In this document: positions 1-9,252 of the stretch, piece by piece | Layout: every line of letters begins with the position of its first letter | Numbering within the stretch: position 1 is the stretch's first letter | Assembly (NCBI GenBank): GCA_965655095.1 | Contig: OZ296651.1 | Coordinates: forward strand, 48,298,001 to 48,333,346 | Direction: 5' to 3' | Length of the DNA stretch: 35,346 nt | Source: Haplodiscus bocki | Taxonomy: Eukaryota | Position numbers and translations under genes: made by a program | Notes under the pieces: generated by a model | Seen by the model: only the letters and a program-made list of their open reading frames with translations | Databases searched by the model: none | What the model was told of the DNA's origin: nothing

Positions 1-692
1 ATCTTTTCCTTTGTAGATAATATGATTAAAGTACTTTTCCCTATTTGTACCTTCATCTGGCGTGTAAAAATTGATGTTTCCCGCCAAGGAAAGGTATAAA
101 TAGGAGAATTGAAAGTACAATTATATAAATTGTAGCCTTACGGAACTGTAACTTTATGAATATTGCGACTGTTTGATATTACTCTTTAAAAATCAACACT
201 GACTTCTGTATAATTGAAACTTGAAACCTCAAGCTGAGAAAAGTTAATAATCAAAAAAGATAAATTCAGTCTTCATCACTGACAAGTTTTCCCTCTTCGC
301 GAAAATGGCAACACTGAGAAATAAGAGAAAGTTAGCGGCAGTTTCGAGAGAAACACCCGAGAGTACTAGAAGTGGGAGAGCACAGAACAGCCTAGACCCA
401 GAGCTAACTCAGGATTACATCTCCCAGGTCTCTGAGGAGATTGAAGGGAGAGTTACTAGAAAACTCTCGAAGGAATTTAGCCGAACAGAGTCACGGATCT
501 TGGGAGCCTTGTCAAAGCTTGATGAGTTCCTCTTGAACCCACAAGTTCGGACTTGTTCCGTAGCTGTTTCGGGAACATCTGGGAGCAGCAATCTAGAAAA
601 CCAGGGAACCAACGAGGATCGTCCCTCAGACGATCCTGGACCTGAAGTGGAGTTTTCTTTCCCCCATTTCGGGGCAGAAGCAGACCCTCACA
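1..692 (+). mobile_element. Solo-LTR-like sequence (5' part outside window) containing a gag-like ORF start
   Basis: TATAAA at ~95. ATG at 305 opens an ORF that runs to a ...CCTCACA end at 692, after which there is no PBS and the sequence turns AT-rich. The peptide is homologous to that at 27560-27842, which also ends at a CA terminus. Confidence 0.6.
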
Positions 693-730
693 ATAAGCCT
701 TCATTGGAAAGCTGGCCAACGTTCGAATGA
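305..730 (+). CDS. LTR-embedded ORF, probable N-terminus of a retrotransposon Gag-like protein (basic N-terminus, helical segment, acidic tail); last ~12 codons run into flank
   Basis: 141-aa ORF MATLRNKRKLAAV...; segment LTQDYISQVSEEIEGRVTRKLSKEFSRTESRILGALS aligns with LTDRQISEMTQQIELKIARKVKDEIRKTEKTIVRILGSLS at ~27565-27680. Confidence 0.45.
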   Translation: MATLRNKRKLAAVSRETPESTRSGRAQNSLDPELTQDYISQVSEEIEGRVTRKLSKEFSRTESRILGALSKLDEFLLNPQVRTCSVAVSGTSGSSNLENQGTNEDRPSDDPGPEVEFSFPHFGAEADPHNKPSLESWPTFE

Positions 731-734
731 ATCT

Positions 735-1170
735 GATGGAAAAGCTACAAGAAAATCATTTCACAAGAAAAAACGACAGAAAGGACACAATTTTTGGACT
801 CTTGTTGATTTTCGAAACAGTTTTACTCAACATTTATTAGTTCAATTTAGTTCAGAAAACTTCAAATAAAAATTAGAAAGATTTTCGGTAAATAGAGTTG
901 CAGTCTTAATCATCAGTTCCCAGAAAAATTTTGTTAAAAGTGCCTGGAAAATCTTTTTTGAGTTTTCTGAACAATTTTGAAATTCGAACCGTGTTCTCAA
1001 TGCAACCCGAAGCACTTCTTTAACTTCCACTTTCAAGATGGAGATGATATTTGAGGAAAAACTTGGAAAACTATATTCAAAAGCTTCCTTTGGTTGATTT
1101 TCTTAGAAACAGTAGCAAAAATTGATCATAAATCTTCACGAAAAATATTCCGGTGCTAGCCGGTCGTTTC
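735..1170 (+). mobile_element. Terminal fragment of Helentron-like non-autonomous repeat (copy B); left boundary approximate
   Basis: 1141-1170 AAAAATATTCCGGTGCTAGCCGGTCGTTT closely matches the reverse complement of 4066-4092 (ATGACGGCCAGCTAGCACCGGCATATTT); CCGG-N6-CCGG hairpin near the end. Confidence 0.5.
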
Positions 1171-1179
1171 GTTTTCTAG

Positions 1180-1329
1180 GCTAGACGATTAGGACCTGGG
1201 AGATACAGTTTGGACAGTAATCGATCTCAAACCCCTGGGCCGAATTGGGAAAGGGCTATGGAGGTAGCCAGAATAGCCAAGATTCCCCATCTTCTGTACA
1301 GAGAAACGTGGGAGCGAGAGAAAAATGCG
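1180..1329 (+). CDS. CIMAP2: CIMAP2-like exon (ARRLGPGRY...REKNA)
   Basis: ttctag acceptor, gttggt donor, 150 nt, phase 0-0. Confidence 0.85.
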
Positions 1330-4300
1330 GTTGGTTTTTAGTAGCAATCGAAGTTTACAGAAACAATGAAGATGCTCCTGTTCAAGTTGAAGTATATATT
1401 CATGTTTAAAATCACCGTAACTTTTGATCGGTATATGTACCGGTATTAACCATGTAATATGATTAATATATTACATGTACTGGTATTAGGCGGAAAAACA
1501 ACCGTACATCTACAAACGTAAACAAAAGGTTTGCTTAGAGGAAGTAACTATAATAAATCATTTGTTGTTGTTGTTGAAGTTTGCTCTTTATATTTAGAAA
1601 CTGAATTTAGGCCCTGGAAGATACAATTCGAAAGATTTTATCCAAGAAATGTCTGAGAGAGTCCATTCTGCCAGAGGGCTCATTGACATGTATGAACAGC
1701 GATTCCATGAGAGAAGCAAGGTTATCACACGATTTCGGAAAATATTATCACCCTTACTTACAAACTATTTTTGTACACTTTCCCTACAATGACCTATTTA
1801 AACTTTAGGAACAGACTCCTGGGCCAGGCTCTTATGGTAAAGGCGGAGTTCCCCACAGAGCATTCGAAGACTCCCGAGATAAATATGGAGGGAAAATTCC
1901 TTCGTTCGAATGGGGCAAATCTCTCAACAGAAGTTTACCTTTAGTTGTTAGCTGAAAAGAACTTTTTTTGCAAAAGAATTTGTTTCATAAAATCTTCCAA
2001 ATTTTTAATATCAGTTAATTTTCAATAGAGACTATTCAATCCTAAGCAGCATTGACAGTCATTCAGGGGGAAACGCTGCAAAGAATTGGCTTCACATATT
2101 GACCTTGCTTCAAAATCCAATCAAATTTTTCAACTTTAAGAGGCTCCTGAAATATGCTCGATGCCATTTGAAGTTTCGATTTTCATTTTTATCGTTGAAG
2201 TCTTAGGACTTCAATGTTGCTGCACATTTCTTCTGAATCGATGCGTTTTGAAGAAAAGATTCCAACTACTACAAAAGCTTTTGTTTTTTTTTCACTCACC
2301 GCGTGGACTACAAAGTGTCCAAACCTTTCAGATTTCAGCTCCAAAATTTCATCAGTTTAATAAGGACTAAAGGCAAACAAATGAGCAAGCAAACCCTCCT
2401 AAGCTTCAACTTTTTTGATTTACTTTTTTTGTTTAATAGCACCCTTTTCTCAAATATTTTTTTGAAAATGCTCATAGCAAAAAATTTGAATAAATGATTT
2501 TCTCTGGCAACATAAGTTGGACTAAAGAAACCAACTGTGAAATTTTTGGCACTGTGAGGCCGATAGAAAAACGAGATTATCCTAATTTTTGATCGGAAAG
2601 GTCGAAATTATTCAAAAGTAATGATGAATAATTTGAAATTCATTCTCTGCAGGGTTCTACTGTGGCCCCTGGAACATATGAGCACGTTCCTGAACTAGAT
2701 GAAAGGATAAGCAAACAAGTGGGCAGCAGGGGGCCCTATGACGTGTTCACTGGCAGCAGATCTGCACCCATTACAAGCGGACACATGGCACAAAAAGTGA
2801 GTCGATTCATGCTTCTTAAAATCAGAGTTTCAGACATTTATAGGTGCATGTGTCATCTTTGGAGGGCCCCTTTGTCTGTTTTTTGTCTCAAGAAGCAAGG
2901 TAAAAGTAGCGTAACAGATGACTGGTCATATTCAATTGGGCTCAAACGTATTGACTGAATTACTAAACGTTTTCTGTTCAATGTAAGCCTGACAGTTACA
3001 TGATCAATTTATAACTATCAAATCGTCATGATTCAATCAAAATGTCAAAATGTTGACCTAAAGAGTTTACGTCTTTCAAATGGATGACATTGTACAAATG
3101 ATAAATAATGACATCGCCAACCGGTAGCATCAACAGCTTTAACTTATCAAATCAACTCTATAAATACTGTGTTTTACTTATACATGAAGAAAGTAAAATT
3201 TTTGTCTTTCAATTTCTTAAATCAGACTTTCTTCATCCATCGAAAAGCTTCAGCATGAAATATCACGCAAAAAGTATCAGATTAGAGAGAAAATTTTAAC
3301 ATTCTCTTTCAAACTTTTTACTTTCAACTTTAAGAATACCAAAAATTCATGCTATTGCATTCAAATTTCTTCTGAAATCAAAATGTGACAGGCCAGTGAC
3401 GTATATTCTTTTTCAGAAACCGATTCGTAACAGAGGTCCAGCTGATTATGAAACGAAATCTTTTGTAGAAGACCTCAATCACCACTCTGTTGTGCACCAC
3501 GGGGAGTTCAAGAAATTAGATCAGTATCCTCAAACACCCGGTGAACGGATTTACTACATTACACCAGTACAAGCGCCTATAGAAGCTGTCAGTATCTGAA
3601 ACAAAATCTTCGGCTACGCTATAGAAATCTTCCTAAATTCAAAAATATAATCAATAGATCTTGATAAGAAGCAGAAATTTCTATTTGTAAGCAGTACATT
3701 TCGAAAATTCGTCATAAAAATCGTCTCAGAAATTTAGCTTAGGAAGAATAAGCATGCTTATAACCTAGAACAAGTGACATTTGTAAGGACAGCTCAAAAA
3801 CATGTGAGATTATATAGATGTTCGGCTATATTTTTCAATTTAGACCCGACCAGGCCCAGGTCACTATGAGAGGAACGACTTGTCGAAACCGAGTTCGGAG
3901 CAAATGCCACCTTTCATGCATGGAGCTGAACGCTTCAACGAACAAGCCAAACTGCTCATGATTGGTCCAAGTTTGAAAGTCAGTCTGTATTTTTAGCTAT
4001 GACAATCTTTTTAGGTCGTGTAAAATCTTGATGCATTTTCGTCTTTCCAGTTGCAGAAAAAAAACATGACGGCCAGCTAGCACCGGCATATTTGTTGCCG
4101 ATTGCATTGTACGATCAGCGTTTCCAACTGTTTGAAAAATTAAAAAGGAAACTAAAAAGTATTTTGAATCTAGTTTTGAAAACTTTACCTCGAATATCTT
4201 CTCCACCATCACTTAATTCATTTCCGGGCATTATCAGTTTATCAGAGCTCCGAAGCAAAATACAGAACCCTAGATATTGTTCCAAAAAAGCTTCTGAAAA

Positions 4301-6767
4301 TAAAAAATTGGCAAGTGAGATATTGATAGAAGAAATCCAGTCGTAGTGCTGGAGAAATATTAGTTTGAGTATCGAGGAAAACCAAAATTATTTGTACTTT
4401 TTGGATATCTCGGTCTAACCGGGGTCCAAAGTCAAAAAATAAAACCAAAACAATTATGGTAGAGAATTGCCGATTGACAACTGGATGAAAAAAATTAGAC
4501 GATAGTTTCGGAAGAAGAATCACAGATATCTCAATTTTTTGCCCTATTCGGCCTATCAGTTTTTCATTGCAAACGACAGAAACCAAAAACCGAGAATTCA
4601 GTTTGCTGTTACGATTGGAAACATTTGCATTGAGGCATTGGCGAAATAAATCCAACTGGTAGTTTCAAGAACATCACGACGAAACTTGAAAAATGTATGT
4701 TTCAGTGAATTAGGCCTATTAATTTTCCATTGCAAATCAAGAGCCGCAACGTCTGATAAATGAATAGGTTTTTTCACTTGAACTGAATTCCAAGAAAAAA
4801 AACCGGTAGTTTTGGGAAAAGTGCAGTTTGAATATCACAAAAAAAAATTAAAAAAACATTAATTTTTGTTACGTTTCCGGCCAAAATTAGGTTTCGGTTT
4901 TGAGGATGAAAACTCAAATTCATACAAAAAATCCTTACAAGTAGGTATTGACACATTGAAGGCAGCAATCCTGCAAGTACTTTCCGAGAAAACTTGGTAT
5001 TTTTTGATGAACATCATCAGACACAAGCTGCAGTTTTTAGCAATTTCAATCCATCAGATTCCTGATGCAACGAACATGGAACAAGATTTTTTGTAATTGA
5101 ATGCCTTTCTATTTATAGTAGAGAAGTATCTGTTGCGACCTTGATGGAAGAAATCAGAAGTTCAACAGAATAGTGACTTTCAGGAACGATAAAAGGAACT
5201 ATCAGATGTTTCATGGTCTCTTCAGACTAAAGAGATTACGCAACGACGTGTTACGGCTAAAATTTTTCAAAATACTGCTTTGGTGTTGCGGACCCAGGAA
5301 AAGAGAAGATACAGATACTGAAAAGAGTTTTCGAGAAAGAGTCCTACTTTTCAAAATGGAAATCAGTTTTTCAATGAACTGTTTCCTTAATTTTGGAAAG
5401 TTGAAAGTCACCGGATGGTCAAAGTTTCTTTGTAAAGCGTTGAATCATACAAAAGCGGAAATCATTTTGAAGAAAAACTCAAAGGAAATTTTAAAAAATA
5501 TGTTTTCGGACAGAGAGTATCCAACAACGTATAGAAGGTTTTCAAAAAATGAGTTTATGAAAGGTTTGTAACCCGGGTCCTGCGGGATATTTAACTGCAG
5601 TGTCACCACAATTATATTATTTTCAAGAAAAAAGTCTATGACATGAAGTCAGTTTGACAGTGGCAAATTCTGTAAAAAAAATAAACCTCTAGTCAATTGG
5701 ATTTGGAAAAAAAAATTGGTGGTGGGGAAAATTGAAGAGAAAACATTGATTTAAATTTGATTTGAAAAGGACAATTCTTTAAATCGTTATAGCAAAATAA
5801 AAATTGTGGTTAAAAACTGTGATTCGAACCGGTATTGAGCGCTTCAAAACTCTATTGTCCTACCAACTGGGCCGTGGGATTTTATTACATATGAAAAGTT
5901 TCAACAAAAGCATGAAAATAATTAGCAAAAGATAGATTCGAACGTGGACCTAGTGTCTGAAAAATCTTTGCCCTAAACCCACGGCCGAAACTCATCATAT
6001 ATAAACTTTCAAAGTTGACTGAAAGAAAAAGAAAAACGACCCTATTTTTTCAATGATCGTTTCATATTTATAATATCAGGCATAAAACAATAAACTTGGA
6101 AATTTTAGATCATCGATGAAGTTGATTTAATTGAAAGTGACAATCTCATCAAATTTAGACAAGAACTGGAAACAAAAACCTTAACACAACATACGTATGT
6201 TTTTGAATTGATTTTGCTTCAGTTTCCCTAGATGTTGGCTGTCAGGGAATAAAGTGAATGAATGTCTTTTCTAAACACTTTACTTTTCAGATTGTTGGCG
6301 TCGGAAGGTATGACGTGAACAAACACGAGAAATACCGATCCAGAAATGGCTCCAAAAGTGTTTTCAAATCCAAAGTGCCAATTCTGCTGGAACCTACCGA
6401 AGACAAGATCATAAAGTGAATGTTTTCCGTGTTTTCAATAATCGCGTAAACGAAATTATCATAAGGAGGAAATTAATGATTTCTTTCAATCTGTCAGAGT
6501 AAAATCGTACAACCGAGTGTTGTTAAATTCTGGGAAAAAACAAATTCTAATCAATTTTGGTCAATATTTTGGTTAATGGTTTTTAGTTATGAAGTCAATA
6601 CAGTTTCCGGCGTCAAGTGAATTCTTTTGGATTTTGTATGTGGAATGCTGTTCTTTTTCAGAGAGAGACTGAAGCCCCATGTTCCGAGTGCACGAAAAAG
6701 GGTTCTGAAAGCTCAAAGCAAAGTAGCCGAAGATGCTTTGCTAACCAAAAAGATGCTCAACCAATGA
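1180..6767 (+). CDS. CIMAP2: Ciliary microtubule-associated protein 2 / lymphocyte expansion molecule-like (SHIPPO/PGPGxY repeats); 8 coding exons, first exon(s) upstream of window
   Basis: GT-AG exons 1180-1329, 1598-1720, 1809-1946, 2653-2796, 3417-3587, 3844-3978, 6291-6415, 6662-6767 splice into one open frame. Motifs LGPGRYNSKDF, PGPGSYGKGG, VGSRGPYDVFTGSRS, KSFVEDLN, PQTPGERIY, VGVGRY are collinear with LEXM/C1orf177 as I recall it. Confidence 0.88.
1598..1720 (+). CDS. CIMAP2: CIMAP2-like exon (KLNLGPGRY...ERSK)
   Basis: atttag acceptor, gttatc donor, 123 nt, phase 0-0. Confidence 0.85.
1809..1946 (+). CDS. CIMAP2: CIMAP2-like exon (EQTPGPGSY...SLPLV)
   Basis: ctttag acceptor, gttagc donor, 138 nt, phase 0-0. 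Confidence 0.85.
2653..2796 (+). CDS. CIMAP2: CIMAP2-like exon (GSTVAPGTY...HMAQK)
   Basis: ctgcag acceptor, gtgagt donor, 144 nt, phase 0-0. Confidence 0.88.
3417..3587 (+). CDS. CIMAP2: CIMAP2-like exon (KPIRNRGPADY...PIEA)
   Basis: tttcag acceptor, gtcagt donor, 171 nt, phase 0-0. Confidence 0.88.
3844..3978 (+). CDS. CIMAP2: CIMAP2-like exon (TRPGPGHY...GPSLK)
   Basis: atttag acceptor, gtcagt donor, 135 nt, phase 0-0. Confidence 0.85.
5820..5877 (-). promoter_or_regulatory. tRNA-derived Pol III A-box/B-box-like module
   Basis: Minus strand reads CCACGGCCCAGTTGGTAGGACAATAGAGTTTTGAAGCGCTCAATACCGGTTCGAATC, i.e. a D-arm-like GGCCCAGTTGGTAG and a T-arm-like GGTTCGAATC at tRNA spacing; no proper acceptor stem. 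Confidence 0.55.
5933..5988 (-). promoter_or_regulatory. Second tRNA-derived A/B-box-like module
   Basis: Minus strand TCGGCCGTGGGTTTAGGGC...CACGTTCGAATCT. Confidence 0.45.
6291..6415 (+). CDS. CIMAP2: CIMAP2-like exon (IVGVGRY...DKII)
   Basis: tttcag acceptor, gtgaat donor, 125 nt, phase 0-2. Confidence 0.85.
6662..6767 (+). CDS. CIMAP2: CIMAP2-like last coding exon (ERLKPH...MLNQ*)
   Basis: tttcag acceptor, phase 2 joins in frame, TGA at 6765-6767. Confidence 0.8.
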
Positions 6768-7408
6768 ACTTAATACCCAGTCAAAACTCGCCATTTTCTC
6801 AGCTTCTAACTCGTGTGCTATCTATTGTCTTGAAAAACCTGCAAAACAAAGTTCCACCAGTACTTGCCAAAGCTTTTTTCGAATTTGGACCAAGCTTACT
6901 CCAAAATGTCGTATTTTTGGGTTTTTTTAAAAAAAAGAAACAGCTGACTCGGCTGGGCTTCTCAAGAAGTGTTGGAGTTTTTGATTTTAGCTGAATTGGT
7001 AAAATCAGTATGAACTCGTTGATGAAATGATGGAAAATCTCAGGAGCGGGTGGAAAATTCTGATCCAAAATTTCGGGCTAAAATTTTGGGTATCAGTCTG
7101 CTGAGTGTATATTAGCATGGTCTTGCGTAAGTTTTAAGATCCTGATCAGGCCAATTTTTTGGTTTACATATAAAATTGGAGTTTTTCAAGATTCTCTCTC
7201 ACTAGCCAATTGCTTTAAGAACAAAATTGAAATGTACTTCTCAATTTGTTTCTGCCAAAAAATATATTTTTGATCTCATCTTCGATTTTGATTAAAACTA
7301 TTACTGAACAGTTTTTCAAAAGCGTATTCAATATGCTGCTTTCTCATAAGTGATGCAGAGATTGTGAGGAATCGATATATATCAAATCAATTCATCGTAA
7401 AAACATGG

Positions 7409-8200
7409 CCCGGGTTGACCTGACATGCATAATATACTATGCACCATAAACTGTCATACAAAAAACAGCTTATGGTAATGCCATTAGTTTCCTGTTCTTT
7501 TTCTCTGGTCATAGTATGGAAAGTCTGTCAGCCATAAACTTGTATGGCCAGTTAATGACCAGAATGGTATTTTGTATGGTCATCCAATGATTTTTTTATT
7601 TTTCTTGAAGTTTTTTTGACAACCAATTTTCAATTTCTTATTCTCATAGTTTCGAGTAATCAAAGTTCTCAAAACATTCAAGATCTGCCAATGGGAATGA
7701 CCGTCAGCAATTTCCAGAGACAAATTTTCCGCGTTTTTGCTGCAAAAGAAAGACTCATAGCCTTGTCCTCGTTTGTCCAACTCTACATCACTGTAGACTA
7801 TACTTTTAGCGAATGGGATTTCACAAGCTCTCCTTTTTATTTCTAGGCAACCAAAAATGAACTTAGATTGCATTCATTATGATTCTCAGTCATACTATTG
7901 CCAGAAGTTCTGAACTTCACTTTTTAATGCAATGTTTTCCAAGAGTAATTTAAGTCAAATTTTTGTTCACTAGAATAAGTTATCATAATTTGATAAAATT
8001 CGCGCATGCTTCTCCATACTATGGCCATACTATGGTACAGTGTATGAATTGCATGGAATCATACTATAGTATGGCCTTTTTTTGACGTGCATGTTACCAT
8101 AAACTTCTATGGCACTTCCTATGACTTTAATTTTTTCATAAATCACCAGATGTGACTTTCTATGATTTCCCTGTTTTTTGTATGATTGTAAACCCTGGGG
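7409..8200. repeat. Degenerate CATA/TATG-rich MITE-like repeat
   Basis: Begins CCCGGGTTGAC, ends AAACCCTGGGG, with clusters of CATG/CATA/TATG motifs near both ends; TSD not resolved. Confidence 0.3.
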
Positions 8201-8370
8201 TTTATTATTTAAAATGAGTTTCCGTGAAACAAGGTGTGCCTTGTCATTTTCTAAAGGTCTGTAACGTGACCAAACTGAAGTAACGTCAGCCAAAGGCCTG
8301 TAAATTCAGCAAACTGCAATTTTGTTTTTCTCAAAATGTAGTTTCTTCTATAGGAAAAAATTCTGTAGGA

Positions 8371-8852
8371 CCCAAGCCGGAAAAACATGGCTGCCATGCC
8401 TTGATCTTGCAATGATTCATACCATGATCGTTGTGTGCTCATTATTTTTTTTATGTTATCGAAAACGAATCATAATTTTTGCATATTCTACTAGTTGCTG
8501 CCAAATACCAGTATATGGAACATCCAATCAAATCGTGGATTTCAATCCTCCAAATTAAGAGTTTTCTGTAATATCCAGACAACAAATTCTCATTTAACAA
8601 CTGTTTTAATATAGCATATACATTACAGTTTTTCATTCTTTTGGGTGATTTCGAAATTTTGAGAGACAAATCCATTTCAGAAAATTTCTTTTGGGCGGTT
8701 TTGATGGGTTCGTTCAAAATATTCTACTATGCTGTATTACAAGAATCAAAATGATCATGCTGTATTATATGATACCATGGCGAGTATGGATCACCATGAT
8801 CATACGATGTCAGAGCATGATGGCCATGTTTGACCATGTTTGTCACCCCAAG
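8371..8852. repeat. Degenerate CATG-rich MITE-like DNA element
   Basis: Left CCCAAGCCGGAAAAACATGG..CCATG..CCATGATC; right CCATGATCAT..CCATGTTTGACCATGTTTGTCACCCCA (inverted AAACATGG motif). Confidence 0.4.
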
Positions 8853-9015
8853 GAATAGTTTTTTTAGAGAGTATGAAAAGACGCTCCTTTTCACGACGCA
8901 CGACAAGATGTTGGCCTACGTTATATACGCTAAAGTTAACTATTATCTATAATAAGCAGAAGGTAACAGTCATTTCAAATTGATTGCACGATGAAGATTT
9001 TGAGCGACGACATAT

Positions 9016-9252
9016 TCACACTTTGATTTTGCTAGCGATGTTGGCCACTTCAACAGCTTTCTTGACAACTTCAAGCGCGTTTCGTTTGGCGATGAGTTTG
9101 AACCCATCGAAGAGACCTTCACAAGTGGGTATCCCATGGTTGCCATCTGGGAATGTCAGCAGCCCCAATCCCTTCATCTCCCCGTTGCGGAACTCACCCT
9201 CATAGCGAAGTCCGTCACATCTCACACACCTCCCGACTCCATTCAGACGATT
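9016..9252 (-). CDS. MORN4: MORN4 exon 2
   Basis: 237 nt including TGA, phase 0 acceptor. Confidence 0.9.
   Translation of the reverse strand, partial: NRLNGVGRCVRCDGLRYEGEFRNGEMKGLGLLTFPDGNHGIPTCEGLFDGFKLIAKRNALEVVKKAVEVANIASKIKV

Larger units (their letters stand above)
4065..6100 (-). mobile_element. Helentron-like non-autonomous element (copy A) with two tRNA-like modules, in CIMAP2 intron; right boundary approximate
   Basis: GC hairpin terminus at 4066-4088 shared with copy B, next to an A-run. Minus-strand A/B-box modules at 5820-5877 and 5933-5988; the first is homologous to 12031-12088. Confidence 0.5.

Noticed and set aside
1451-1477. 10-bp inverted repeat CATGTAATAT/ATATTACATG in a CIMAP2 intron
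   Set aside because: Short and AT-rich, with no other support.
4092-5571. Several 60-137 aa ORFs in the CIMAP2 intron
   Set aside because: K/F/L/I-rich chance frames in AT-rich repeat DNA with no recognisable motifs.
5820-5988. Functional tRNA genes
   Set aside because: A/B-box-like motifs are present but no convincing acceptor or anticodon stems; treated as tRNA-derived modules.
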